DNA of 64,000 nucleotides from an uncultured Caulobacterales bacterium (GCA_964342855.1 CAYFIB010000013.1:1352-65351), one strand, 5' to 3'. Positions 36,428 through 46,831 are shown, counted from the stretch's first letter. Notes: a model not told the origin generated them from the letters alone. Numbers and translations: made by a program.

Positions 36428-37657
36428 ATGTCCGCTCGATCGCTCTCCATCGGTTTCGCGCGTTTGAGCGACTGCGCGCCGCTCGTCGCCGCGAAGGAAA
36501 CTGGCGCGTTCGCCAAACAAGGTCTCGACGTCGCGCTGACGCGTTTTGATTCCTGGGCCGCCATGCGCGATGCGCTGGCGCACGGCGCAATCGATGCCGC
36601 GCACATGCTTTCGCCAATGGTTATCGCGTCCGCCGCCGGGCTGGAGCCGCCCGCTCCTCGCTTCCGAACCGCCTTCATCTTCAATCTCAACGGCAACTCC
36701 ATCACCGTCTCCGAAGCGATTTACGAGGAGATGCGGCGCATCGCTCCTCAGTACATGAACCGTCGCCCCTTGACCGCGTCGGCGCTGAAGGCGCTCATCG
36801 ACTTGCGGCGCGCGCGGGGAGAACGCCAGATCACCCTTGCCTACGTCTATCATTTCTCCATGCACGCTTATGAGCTTCGGTACTGGCTGGCGGCGGCGGG
36901 TATTGATCCGAGGCGGGACGTCCGTCTGGTCGTCACGCCGCCAAGCCTGATGGCGGAAGCGCTCGCCTCCGGCGCCATCGACGGCTTCTGCGTCGGCGAA
37001 CCATGGGGCGAAGTGGCCGCTTCCGAAGGCTCCGGACGCACACTGATCACATCCTGTGAACTCTGGCCGGGCAAACCGGAGAAAGCGCTCGCCGTCCGCG
37101 CGGACTGGGCCGACGCCAATTCCGATATTCATCGTTTGCTCATCTCCGCCCTTCTTCAAGCTGCGATCTGGCTCGATCCGCCCGCAAATCGCCTCGCCGC
37201 GGCCCGTATGCTGGCGAAGCCGGACTATGTCGACATGGATGTCGGCAACATCGCCGCGTCACTGACCGGCGAGCACTGGCGTACGGGGGGAAGCGACCGG
37301 GCGAGCGACGCGGACTTCAATGTCTTTCATCGTTATGCGGCGAATTTCCCGTGGCGCTCGCACGCCAAATGGATCCTTTCTCAGATGATCCGATGGGGCG
37401 AAGCCCCTCCAGGCATCGGCATCGAGGCCATCGCCGACGCAGCTTATGACTGCGCCTTCTATCGCGAGACCGCGACCGCGCTCGGCGTTCCGTGCCCGAC
37501 GGTGGATGAGCGGATCGAAGGCGCCCACCCGCACGCCTGGCTGCTGAGCGAGGCGACGTCGCCCATAGCCTGCGCCGCGAACCGCTTTCTTGACGGACGG
37601 GTGTTCGATCCCGCCGATATCGAGGGGTATATCTCCGCCGATACGTTCGGGACCTGA
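36428..37657 (+). CDS. nasS: Cytoplasmic NrtA-like nitrate/nitrite sensor protein
   Basis: NrtA/CmpA-type solute-binding fold without a signal peptide (MSARSLSIGFARLSDCAPLVAAKE). Starts 2 nt after nasT. Confidence 0.75.
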   Translation: MSARSLSIGFARLSDCAPLVAAKETGAFAKQGLDVALTRFDSWAAMRDALAHGAIDAAHMLSPMVIASAAGLEPPAPRFRTAFIFNLNGNSITVSEAIYEEMRRIAPQYMNRRPLTASALKALIDLRRARGERQITLAYVYHFSMHAYELRYWLAAAGIDPRRDVRLVVTPPSLMAEALASGAIDGFCVGEPWGEVAASEGSGRTLITSCELWPGKPEKALAVRADWADANSDIHRLLISALLQAAIWLDPPANRLAAARMLAKPDYVDMDVGNIAASLTGEHWRTGGSDRASDADFNVFHRYAANFPWRSHAKWILSQMIRWGEAPPGIGIEAIADAAYDCAFYRETATALGVPCPTVDERIEGAHPHAWLLSEATSPIACAANRFLDGRVFDPADIEGYISADTFGT

Positions 37658-37682
37658 GCTGAAGGGCAGTCCCGTGCGCCGA

Positions 37683-38435
37683 CTATTCCGCAGCAAGAGG
37701 TCGCGCCGCCGGAATTGCGCCACGCAGCGGGCGACGCACAAGGAGAATGGCGGGGTTCTGAACACCGTGAACGGACGCGTCCGCGGCCAACCGACCGATG
37801 GTCGTCGCTACCGTTCTTTTCTCCAGGCGCCCGGCGTTCTCAATCCAGTCGGCTGGCGCATCCGCGGGCGCGCCGGCGGCGAGCAGGCGTTCTTCAATCA
37901 ATCGCGCCTGCCCCACCCCCATATAGAACGCGACGCAAGCGCCCGGCTTCACATACTCCGCCCACGCTGGTTCATCTCCATCAATAGCGGACTTGCCCGT
38001 CGTCACGATGAACGTATTCAGCGTTCCGCGCTCGGTGACGGGTATGGTCGCGTCCGCCGCGGCGGCGAGCGCCGAAGTGACGCCAGGCACGATTTCCACG
38101 TCCGCACCGACATGCCGCGCGGTCGCGATTTCTTCCGCAGCCCGCCCGAAAATCATCGGATCGCCTGACTTCAGGCGAGCGACGGAGCGCCCCTCGATCA
38201 AGGCCGAGACGATCTCCCGATTGATCGCGTCCTGCTGTACGCCGCCATCTCCGCAGCGCTTCCCGACATAGCGAAGCTCCGCCCCCGTTCGGGCGAAAGA
38301 CAGAACCTCCGGATCGACCAGACGATCGTAGAGAATGAGATCGGCTGCGGCGATCCTCCGCGTGGCGCGCACCGTCAGAAGATCCGCCGCGCCGGGGCCG
38401 CATCCAATGAGGTAGAGTCGCCCTCTCTTTGTCAT
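37683..38435 (-). CDS. cobA: Uroporphyrinogen-III C-methyltransferase (siroheme branch)
   Basis: LYLIGCGPGAADLLTVRA...LKSGDPMIFGRAAEE. The start overlaps the nasA stop (ATGA). Confidence 0.8.
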   Translation of the reverse strand: MTKRGRLYLIGCGPGAADLLTVRATRRIAAADLILYDRLVDPEVLSFARTGAELRYVGKRCGDGGVQQDAINREIVSALIEGRSVARLKSGDPMIFGRAAEEIATARHVGADVEIVPGVTSALAAAADATIPVTERGTLNTFIVTTGKSAIDGDEPAWAEYVKPGACVAFYMGVGQARLIEERLLAAGAPADAPADWIENAGRLEKRTVATTIGRLAADASVHGVQNPAILLVRRPLRGAIPAARPLAAE

Positions 38436-41104
38436 TCCGCCGCCCTCAGATTTGGCGCTGTCGGCGCGCGCTCGATCAGAGCGGCGATCTCGGACCGACA
38501 GGACCCGCAGTTCGTTCCTGCGCGGGTCGTGCGGCCGATCTCATCGACGGAAGTCGCGCCGCAGGAAATCGCGTTGCGGATGGCGTCCACGCCCACACCT
38601 TCGCACGCGCAGACGATACGGCCCGCCGCCGCTCCCGTCGGCGGCCGACCGGCGAGGAGCACTGCGCGCGTCGCCGCGTCGATCTCGACGCCGACCAGCG
38701 AGGACAGCCAGGACCTGTCCGCTGCAACCGGTTCGCGCCGGTTGACCGTCAGAAATGCGTTCAACACATCGCCTTCATATCGCGCGCGCCGGAACCCCGC
38801 CCGATCACGAAGCTCCTGCACGCCGGAACGCGTTTTGCCTTTAAAGAGCGCCGCGGTCAGCTGCTGTAGAGGCGCTTCTCCCTTCCCGGCGAACTCCGTA
38901 CGCCACCCGTTTTTTGTACGCGCCTTCGCCCAATACCCGAGTGAAGACAGCTCCCCTTTCGCCGGTTCCTCAGTGAAGACGCCGAACGCGTACCAATCGA
39001 CATCACTACGACGAATACAGACAGGCGTATGTTTCAGTTCCGGCTGACCGGATATCGGATCCGTCACCGCCTCGGCGAGCACGTCCACGCGCCCGCACGA
39101 AGCGTAGCGCGACGCCCAGTGCATGGGCGCGAACACCCGTCCCATCGGCGCCGCGTCCGTTACGAGCAGACGCAGCGTCGCCTCGCCCAGCCGGGAGCGA
39201 ACCGTTACGATGTCCGCGTCAGCGAGGCCTCGCGCAGACGCATCCATCGGGTTCATTTCCAGAAACGGCTCCGCGATGTGGGCGGAAAGACGCGCCGTCT
39301 TCGCCGTACGCGTCATGGTGTGCCACTGGTCGCGAATGCGCCCGGTGTTCAGCACCAGATCGTATTCCTCATCCGACTCGCGCGCAGGCGCCCGCGCGGG
39401 GGTGGCGACGAACCGCCCTTTTCGTGATGGGGTGAAAAACCCGCCATTGGCGAAAAAGCGCGTATCCTGCCGCGGCGACGATGGCGCGACAGGACCCGAC
39501 TTCCGCGCCGGCCATTGAAACGGCGACATCGCGTCGTAGTCGGCGTCGCTGCATGTCGCCCACGCCCCGATATCAAAGTCCCGCGCTCCGTCGTTTTCAA
39601 ATGCGGAAAGCGCCGCGTACTCACGGAATATCTCAGCGGGTCCTTGATAATCGAACCCCGCATGCCCCATACGGCGCGCCGCATCTGCGACGATCGCCCA
39701 ATCATGGCGCGCCTCGCCCGGGGACGGCAGAAATGCGCGCTGGCGCGATATGCGGCGTTCGGAGTTCGTGACCGTGCCCGTTTTCTCGCCCCAGCCGGTC
39801 GCCGGAAGCGCGATGTCCGCGAGCTGCACCGTGTCTGAAGTCGCGACAATGTCGGAGACGACCACCAGCGGGCAGGCCTGCAGCGCCTCGCGCACCGCGT
39901 CAGCGTCCGGCATAGAGACGACCGGGTTTGTGGCCATGATCCAGACCGCCTTGATCTCCCCACGTCCGATCGCCTGAAACAGATCGACCGCTTTCTTTCC
40001 GGGTCGCTCGGCCATTCGAGGCGCGTTCCAGAACCGCCTTACGCGATCGACATCCGTCGGATCGAAATCCATATGGCAGGCGAGCTGATTGGCGAGACCG
40101 CCAACCTCACGCCCGCCCATGGCGTTCGGCTGGCCGGTGATCGAGAACGGTCCCGCTCCCGGCCTGCCGATCCGCCCCGTGACGAGATGCGTGTTGATGA
40201 TCGCGTTCACCTTGTCCGTGCCCGCGGACGATTGATTGACCCCTTGAGAATAAACCGTGACAGTCTTCGGCGTCTCTCGGACCCAGTCGATGAAGGTCCT
40301 GAGATCGGATGGGGAGAGCCCCGTCGAAGCCGCGACGTCTTCCAGCGAGGCGGACCCGACGGCGGACAATGCGGCCTCCAGTCCTTCCGTATGGTCCTCA
40401 ATATAGCGCTCATCCCGTGCTGAGCTTTGCGCCAATTGATCGAAAAGGGCGTTGAAGAGGGTGACATCCGTTCCCGGCTTAATGGGCAAGTGCAGATCCG
40501 CATCCGCGGTCGTCGCCGTCGCGCGCGGGTCGATGACGACCAGACGCGCGCCGCTTTTCCGGCGCGCCGCCATGAGGCGCTGGTGCAGAACAGGATGACA
40601 CCAGGCGAAGTTCGACCCCACCAGGACAACCAGGTCGGCGAGCTCCAGATCTTCGTAGACGCCGGGAACCGTATCCGCGCCGAAGGCGCGCTTGTGTCCC
40701 GCTACGGACGACGCCATGCACAATCGCGAATTGGTGTCGATGTTCGCGGACCCAACGAAGCCTTTCATCAGCTTGTTGGCGACGTAATAGTCTTCCGTAA
40801 GCAACTGACCGGACACGTACAGGGCGACAGCGTCCGGACCATGCTGATCAATCGCGTTGCGAAAGCCGTCGGCGACCCGCGTCAGCGCGGCGTCCCAGCT
40901 CACGCGAGCGCCGTCCGCCATGGGATGGAGAAGCCGCTCTTCGAGCGTGAGCGTTTCGCCAAGCGCCGCCCCTTTGGAGCAGAGGCGTCCGAAATTTGCG
41001 GGATGACGCTCATCACCGTGCACGGACTGTGCTTCGTGAACCGGTTTAACGCGCACGCCGCACCCGACCCCGCAATAGGGACAGGTCGTACGGATTTCCG
41101 CCAC
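38432..41104 (-). CDS. nasA: Assimilatory nitrate reductase catalytic subunit (Mo-bisMGD) with a C-terminal BFD-like [2Fe-2S] domain
   Basis: N-terminal 4Fe-4S motif TTCPYCGVGCGV and molybdopterin oxidoreductase blocks. The C-terminus VCACEGVGVDAIRNAI...GTNCGSCRSEI is BFD-like. Start taken as GTG 41104; other in-frame GTGs at 41113 and 41188 are possible. Confidence 0.85.
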   Translation of the reverse strand: MAEIRTTCPYCGVGCGVRVKPVHEAQSVHGDERHPANFGRLCSKGAALGETLTLEERLLHPMADGARVSWDAALTRVADGFRNAIDQHGPDAVALYVSGQLLTEDYYVANKLMKGFVGSANIDTNSRLCMASSVAGHKRAFGADTVPGVYEDLELADLVVLVGSNFAWCHPVLHQRLMAARRKSGARLVVIDPRATATTADADLHLPIKPGTDVTLFNALFDQLAQSSARDERYIEDHTEGLEAALSAVGSASLEDVAASTGLSPSDLRTFIDWVRETPKTVTVYSQGVNQSSAGTDKVNAIINTHLVTGRIGRPGAGPFSITGQPNAMGGREVGGLANQLACHMDFDPTDVDRVRRFWNAPRMAERPGKKAVDLFQAIGRGEIKAVWIMATNPVVSMPDADAVREALQACPLVVVSDIVATSDTVQLADIALPATGWGEKTGTVTNSERRISRQRAFLPSPGEARHDWAIVADAARRMGHAGFDYQGPAEIFREYAALSAFENDGARDFDIGAWATCSDADYDAMSPFQWPARKSGPVAPSSPRQDTRFFANGGFFTPSRKGRFVATPARAPARESDEEYDLVLNTGRIRDQWHTMTRTAKTARLSAHIAEPFLEMNPMDASARGLADADIVTVRSRLGEATLRLLVTDAAPMGRVFAPMHWASRYASCGRVDVLAEAVTDPISGQPELKHTPVCIRRSDVDWYAFGVFTEEPAKGELSSLGYWAKARTKNGWRTEFAGKGEAPLQQLTAALFKGKTRSGVQELRDRAGFRRARYEGDVLNAFLTVNRREPVAADRSWLSSLVGVEIDAATRAVLLAGRPPTGAAAGRIVCACEGVGVDAIRNAISCGATSVDEIGRTTRAGTNCGSCRSEIAALIERAPTAPNLRAAE

Positions 41105-41124
41105 ACGCGCCACTGCGGCCCGGC

Positions 41125-41457
41125 CTACTCGCCGATATCGATGAAAACGCGGTCGCCGCGAAGTTCGACTGGATAGGTGCGCACGCACCCTTCGTCCGCT
41201 CCGCGCGCGCGGCCGCTCTGCAGATCGATAACCCAGTTATGGAGCGGGCAGGTCACGGCGGTGTCATGAACGATACCCTCCGTGAGCGGTCCCTTCTTGT
41301 GCGGGCACTGGTTGTCGATCGCGTAGAGCGCGCCATCCTGCGCCTTGAAGACGCCGATCTCCCCGTGCGGAACGACCAGACGACGCGCGCCCCGCGCCGG
41401 GATATGCGAGACGTCGCATGCGTCCACCCACCGCCTCTTATGCATCATGCCATCCAT
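41125..41457 (-). CDS. nirD: Nitrite reductase small subunit (Rieske-like)
   Basis: GEIGVFKAQDGALYAIDNQCPHKKGPLTEGIVHDTAVTCPLHNW. Confidence 0.85.
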   Translation of the reverse strand: MDGMMHKRRWVDACDVSHIPARGARRLVVPHGEIGVFKAQDGALYAIDNQCPHKKGPLTEGIVHDTAVTCPLHNWVIDLQSGRARGADEGCVRTYPVELRGDRVFIDIGE

Positions 41458-41459
41458 GC

Positions 41460-43901
41460 CTATTCCGCCGCCATCAGGGGTTTGAACTCATGAGATTGAA
41501 CGCCCGCACGCGCACGCTCCGCCCACGGGTCTTGCTGCATGAATTGCTGTGAATAGAGGAACCGATCATAAAGCGCTGCGCGTTTCTCTGAATCATCAAC
41601 GATCTGGGAGCGAACCTTGTCGAGCCCCACACGCGCGGACCACTTGTAGATCCGCTCCAGATACCAGGCCTGTTCCCGATAAAGCTGCATCAGCGCCGAC
41701 GCGTACTCCAGCACCTCGTCTTCGGTTTCGACCTTGCAGAGAATATCCGTCCCGCGAACGTGCATGCCCGCGGCTCCGGCGAAGTGCAGCTCATAGCCGC
41801 TGTCGACGCAGACGACGCCGATATCCTTGCAGGTCGCCTCGGCGCAGTTTCTCGGGCACCCGGAGACCGCGAGCTTCACCTTGTGCGGCGTCCATGAGCC
41901 CCACATCAGCTTTTCAAGCTTCACTCCAAGTCCAGTAGAATCCTGCGTCCCGAAGCGGCACCAGTCCGTTCCGACGCAGGTCTTCACCGTACGCAGGCCC
42001 TTGGCGTAGGCGTGCCCGGAGACCAGCCCGGCGGCGTTCAGATCACCCCAGACGTCAGGAAGGTCCTCCTTCCGCACACCAAGGAGGTCGATACGCTGCC
42101 CGCCGGTGACCTTCACGGTCGGTATTCTGAACTTGTCCGCGACGTCCGCAATCGCACGCAACTCGTCCGGCGTCGTCAAGCCTCCCCACATGCGCGGCAC
42201 GACGGAGTATGTTCCGTCTTTCTGGATATTGGCGTGAACGCGCTCGTTGATGAAGCGAGACTGCGCGTCATCGACATACTCCCCCGGCCACGCCGCCAGC
42301 AGGTAGTAATTGAGCGCCGGGCGGCACTTCGCGCACCCGCAGGAGGTTTTCCAGTCAAGTTCCTGCATGACGGCGGGAATGGACTTCAGCGACTGCGCAA
42401 GAATGAGGCGGCGAACCTCGTCGTGCCCGAGATCGGTGCACGGACATATCCCGGCAGGCGCGTTCGCTTCAAACGCGTCGCCGAGCGACAATGACAGAAG
42501 CTGCTCGACAAGCCCCGTACATGTTCCACAGGAAGAGGACGCCTTCGTGCAGGCGCGGGCGGATGCAAGGTCCTTAACGGCGCCGCTACTGACCGCCTGT
42601 AGAATTTCGCCCTTGGAAACGCCGTTGCAACCGCAGATCTCCACGTCATCTGGCAAGGCTGCAACGGCCGCCATAGGGTCCGCTGGTCCGGCTCCCGCAA
42701 AGGCCTGCCCGAAAATCAGCGTGTCGCGCTCATCCTTTGAAATGAGCTCGCCGGATCTGATCCGTTGCAGGAAGAAAGACCCGTCCGCCGTTTCGCCGTA
42801 GAGGACGGCGCCTATGAGCTTATCGCCTTCCAGAACGAGGCGCTTGTACACGCCTCGCGAAGCGTCCCGGAACACGACCTCATCGCGCTCTTCTGCTTCG
42901 GCGAAGTCTCCAGCAGAGAACAGATCAATGCCGGTGACTTTCAGCTTTGTCGAGGTTTCCGAGTGAACGAAGGGCGCCGCATCTCTCCCCGCCAGAACGG
43001 CGCCGGCGACCTTGGCCTGCTCATAAAGCGGCGCGACCAGACCGTACACGTTGCCTTCAAACTCGATACACTCGCCGACCGCGAACACATCCGGATCCGA
43101 CGTCCGCATGAACCCGTCGACCTGCACGCCGCGACCGACATCCAGACCAGCGGAGCGTGCAAGTTCAATGTTCGGCCGTATGCCGACGGCCATCACCACG
43201 ATATCCGCGGCGAGCTCGCTTCCATCGTCCAGCGCAACACCGGTGACGCGGTCCTTTCCCAGAATCGCTTTCGTGTTCGCCCGCGTCCTGATATCGACGC
43301 CGCGATCGACCAACGCCTTTTCCAGCAGGTAGCCCGCGGAGCCGTCCAGCTGACGTTCCATCAGGGTCGGCATAAGATGCACGACGCTGACCTCCATGCC
43401 GCGCGCCTTCAGCCCCGCCGCAGCCTCAAGCCCCAGCAGCCCGCCGCCGATGACGACGGCGCGTCCGCCGTTTTTCGCCGCCGCCAGCATGGCCTCGACA
43501 TCGTCCAGGTCGCGATAGGCGAGAACGCCGGGCAGATCGGCGCCCGGCACGGGGATGATGAACGGGTTCGATCCGGTCGCGACGACCAGCTTGTCATAGG
43601 TCGCCGACACGCCGGATGCGGATCGGACGATCCGTGCGGACCGATCAATCTCCGTCACCCGCTCGCCCTTGTGAAGGGTTATGTCGTGTTCCGCATACCA
43701 CGCGTCGTCATGGATGATGATATCGTCATAGGCCTGCTCGCCCGATAGCACGGGCGACAGCATGATGCGGTTGTAGTTCACCCGCGGTTCGGCGTTGAAG
43801 ATGGTGACGTCGTATAGCTCCGGCTCAAGATCGAACAGGGCTTCAAGCATGCGCCCCGGCGCCATGCCGTTGCCGATGACCACCAGTTTCTGTTTCGTCA
43901 T
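41460..43901 (-). CDS. nirB: NAD(P)H-nitrite reductase large subunit (siroheme/4Fe-4S)
   Basis: KLVVIGNGMAPGR FAD fold, a second Rossmann fold VVIGGGLLGLEAA, a BFD-like CGCNGVSKG segment, and sulfite/nitrite reductase cluster cysteines (CVGTDWCRFG, SGCPRNCAE). Confidence 0.9.
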   Translation of the reverse strand: MTKQKLVVIGNGMAPGRMLEALFDLEPELYDVTIFNAEPRVNYNRIMLSPVLSGEQAYDDIIIHDDAWYAEHDITLHKGERVTEIDRSARIVRSASGVSATYDKLVVATGSNPFIIPVPGADLPGVLAYRDLDDVEAMLAAAKNGGRAVVIGGGLLGLEAAAGLKARGMEVSVVHLMPTLMERQLDGSAGYLLEKALVDRGVDIRTRANTKAILGKDRVTGVALDDGSELAADIVVMAVGIRPNIELARSAGLDVGRGVQVDGFMRTSDPDVFAVGECIEFEGNVYGLVAPLYEQAKVAGAVLAGRDAAPFVHSETSTKLKVTGIDLFSAGDFAEAEERDEVVFRDASRGVYKRLVLEGDKLIGAVLYGETADGSFFLQRIRSGELISKDERDTLIFGQAFAGAGPADPMAAVAALPDDVEICGCNGVSKGEILQAVSSGAVKDLASARACTKASSSCGTCTGLVEQLLSLSLGDAFEANAPAGICPCTDLGHDEVRRLILAQSLKSIPAVMQELDWKTSCGCAKCRPALNYYLLAAWPGEYVDDAQSRFINERVHANIQKDGTYSVVPRMWGGLTTPDELRAIADVADKFRIPTVKVTGGQRIDLLGVRKEDLPDVWGDLNAAGLVSGHAYAKGLRTVKTCVGTDWCRFGTQDSTGLGVKLEKLMWGSWTPHKVKLAVSGCPRNCAEATCKDIGVVCVDSGYELHFAGAAGMHVRGTDILCKVETEDEVLEYASALMQLYREQAWYLERIYKWSARVGLDKVRSQIVDDSEKRAALYDRFLYSQQFMQQDPWAERARAGVQSHEFKPLMAAE

Positions 43902-45592
43902 CAGGCCGCCTCCTCATCGTCGTCGGAGGCGCTCGCTTTCGGGTCCGCCCCGCCTTCGTAGTCTTCAAGAAACTGGATGAGTTCCTGCCGATAGCGGTAA
44001 TAATCCGGGTGCTCCATGAGAGATTTGCGCGTACGCGGACGGGGAATGTCCACCTCCATCACCTTGCCGATCCGAGCGTTCGGTCCGTTGGTCATCATCA
44101 CCACACGGTCAGCCAGAAGGATCGCCTCATCCACATCGTGGGTTACGCACAGCGCCGTAACCGACGTCCGCTGCCAGACCTCCATCAGCACTTCCTGAAG
44201 TTCCCAACGCGTCAGGCTGTCGAGCATGCCGAACGGTTCGTCGAGAAGAAGGAGACGCGGACTGAGCGCGAAGGCGCGTGCGATGCCGACGCGCTGGCGC
44301 ATGCCGTTCGACATGTCGGCCGCTGTTTTATCCAAAGCATCGCCGAGACCGACCCGGTGCAGATAATACTCAACGACCTGCTCACGTTCCTCCTGCGTCG
44401 CCTTCGGATAAACCCGGTCGACGCCGACAGCGACATTCTGCTTCGCCGTCAGCCACGGGAACAACGACGGCGCCTGGAACACCACGGCGCGGTCCGGCCC
44501 GGCGCCGCGCACTTCGTATCCACCGAGAATGATGCCGCCCCGCGAGACATCGTTCAGCCCGGCCGTCATGGTCAGAACAGTTGATTTTCCGCATCCCGAG
44601 TGCCCGATGACGGAGATGAACTCTCCCTTGCGGACTTTCAGATCAAAGCCGTCGACGACGGTGAGCGGCCCTTTCGGCGTCGGGTAAATCTTCGACACCT
44701 GTGAATATTCAAGATATCTTTCCGGCCGCCCGAGGGTCTCGTCCGCGATCTTGCGGTAGGCTTTCGGCGCCAGCGGCGTCACATTCGGCAACTCCCCATG
44801 CGTTGCTTTTGCTTTCTTGGCGATGCCGACATCCACGAGATAGTCCGTCACCGCCTTGCGCACGGCCTTGAAGTCCGGATCGTCATTCATCTTCGTGCGG
44901 TCGCGCGGACGCAGTAGCCGCACCTCGAACTCCGGACCGAGCGTCGCTCCTGGCCCGGGGTTCAGCGGAATGATCCGGTCAGCCATAAGAATGGCCTCAT
45001 CGACATCGTTCGTGATCAGAATGACCGTCTTGCGGTTTCGGGACCAGATATCGCTGATCTCATCCTGCAGCTTGGAGCGCGTCAGCGCATCAAGCGCGGA
45101 CAACGGCTCGTCCAGAAGCAGTATGGACGGATCCATGGCGAGCGCGCGCGCGACGGAGACCCGCTGTCGCATGCCCCCTGAAAGCTCCGCGGGGCGACGG
45201 TCCGCCGCGTGGGCTAGTCCCACCATCTCCACATACTTTTCGACCCTCGCCGAGCGATCGGTTCTGCTTTCCTTTGAAAAAACCGAATCCACCGCCAGCG
45301 CCACGTTCTGACGAACCGTCAGCCAAGGCATCAACGAGTAGCTCTGGAACACGACGCCGCGGTCGGCGCTCGGGCCGACGACAGGCTCTTCTTTGCAGAT
45401 CACCTCGCCTGCATCAGGCCTTTCAAGCCCGGCCAGCAGGTTGATAAGCGTCGTTTTTCCGGATCCGGAGAACCCGACCAGCGCGACGAACTCTCCCTCC
45501 TCAACCGACAGGGAGATATCCCGAAGCACCTCAACGCGATCTTCATCACGTCCGAAGCCCTTGGAGACGTTCCGCAGTTCAAGGATCGACAT
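43901..45592 (-). CDS. Nitrate/nitrite ABC transporter ATPase with two fused nucleotide-binding domains
   Basis: Two Walker A sites (GFSGSGKTT and GHSGCGKST), two LSGG-type signatures (LSGGMRQR, MSNGMRQR) and two Walker B motifs (LLLDEP twice). Confidence 0.8.
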   Translation of the reverse strand: MSILELRNVSKGFGRDEDRVEVLRDISLSVEEGEFVALVGFSGSGKTTLINLLAGLERPDAGEVICKEEPVVGPSADRGVVFQSYSLMPWLTVRQNVALAVDSVFSKESRTDRSARVEKYVEMVGLAHAADRRPAELSGGMRQRVSVARALAMDPSILLLDEPLSALDALTRSKLQDEISDIWSRNRKTVILITNDVDEAILMADRIIPLNPGPGATLGPEFEVRLLRPRDRTKMNDDPDFKAVRKAVTDYLVDVGIAKKAKATHGELPNVTPLAPKAYRKIADETLGRPERYLEYSQVSKIYPTPKGPLTVVDGFDLKVRKGEFISVIGHSGCGKSTVLTMTAGLNDVSRGGIILGGYEVRGAGPDRAVVFQAPSLFPWLTAKQNVAVGVDRVYPKATQEEREQVVEYYLHRVGLGDALDKTAADMSNGMRQRVGIARAFALSPRLLLLDEPFGMLDSLTRWELQEVLMEVWQRTSVTALCVTHDVDEAILLADRVVMMTNGPNARIGKVMEVDIPRPRTRKSLMEHPDYYRYRQELIQFLEDYEGGADPKASASDDDEEAA

Positions 45593-45605
45593 ACACCTCT
45601 CTCCT

Positions 45606-46763
45606 TTAACGCTGAGCGGAAAACGTGAACATCGACTGGAGCGCGACCATCACCCGGTCGAGAAGGAAACCGATGACGCCGATGGTGAGCACCGCCACCA
45701 TGATTTTCGCGAGCGACTGGGACGAGCCGTTCTGAAATTCATCCCAGACGAACTTTCCTAGCCCGGGGTTCTGCGCCAGCATCTCAGCTGCGATCAGAAC
45801 CATCCAACCGACGCCGAGGGAGAGGCGCATGCCAGTGAAGATAAGCGGCAGGGCCGACGGCAGAACAAGGCGCGTCACCTTCGTCCACGGATGAAGGTTC
45901 AGGACTTTCCCGACGTTCACAAGGTCCTTGTCGACAGTGGCGACACCAAGCGCTGTGTTGATCAGTGTCGGCCACAAAGAACACAGCGTCACGGTTACCG
46001 CGGACGTAAGGAAAGATTTCGGGATGGCGGAGTCCGGGGCGGTTGTCGCTGAAACGACCATGGTCACGATCGGGAGCCATGCAAGCGGCGAGACGGGTTT
46101 GAAAATCTGGATGAGCGGGTTCATGGCGCCATTGATGAAAGGCGACATGCCCATGAGAATACCGAGCGGCGCAGCGAACAGAACGGCGAGGAAGAACCCG
46201 AAGAACACCGTCTGCAGACTGGTCCATATCTGATCGTAATACGTCGGCTTGCCGGTGTAATCGACTTCGCGAACGCGATCGCCGCGCCCGGCTTCGATAA
46301 GCGCCGCATTCCGGGCGTCCTGCCGGTCATAGAATTCGGCCGCCTTGGCGCGCTCCTGAACATGATCCTTATGGAGAACGACCGCCTGCTCAGCGACCTC
46401 CGCCGGACCGGGAACCGCGCCAAGAGAGGTCTGCACCGTCGGCGCAAGCTGCGCCCACGCGAATAGAAACAGGAATATCGCCAGAAGCGGTACGCCCAGC
46501 CGGGTCCAGACAAGCGACAGGTTCGGCTTGACCGCGTCTCCAGCGGCGATCATCAGCAGGGGCGTCACCCAGGACAACGCAAAGATATCAAGAAACTTCG
46601 CCGCCTTGTTGATGGTCGAGAACGCCTTCTCCTGACGCGCCGCCTTCGCTTTGGCCGCATCTGGTTTCTCTACTTCCTGCGCGGTCGGTATGGCGATCGG
46701 CTCTTCCGCGCGATCAACCTTCGCCGATGCATCAGTTCGCTCGACAATCATCGCACTGCTCAT
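45606..46763 (-). CDS. nrtB: Nitrate ABC transporter permease
   Basis: Six or more helices and an EAA-type loop region (...LIAAEMLAQNPGLGKFVW). Long hydrophilic N-terminal extension. Confidence 0.8.
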   Translation of the reverse strand: MSSAMIVERTDASAKVDRAEEPIAIPTAQEVEKPDAAKAKAARQEKAFSTINKAAKFLDIFALSWVTPLLMIAAGDAVKPNLSLVWTRLGVPLLAIFLFLFAWAQLAPTVQTSLGAVPGPAEVAEQAVVLHKDHVQERAKAAEFYDRQDARNAALIEAGRGDRVREVDYTGKPTYYDQIWTSLQTVFFGFFLAVLFAAPLGILMGMSPFINGAMNPLIQIFKPVSPLAWLPIVTMVVSATTAPDSAIPKSFLTSAVTVTLCSLWPTLINTALGVATVDKDLVNVGKVLNLHPWTKVTRLVLPSALPLIFTGMRLSLGVGWMVLIAAEMLAQNPGLGKFVWDEFQNGSSQSLAKIMVAVLTIGVIGFLLDRVMVALQSMFTFSAQR

Positions 46764-46831
46764 TTCACTGCTCCATCGTCATGTTCGACAGAAAGGATCG
46801 CGCCGCCGCAGCGTCGATCCGTTATCTGATG

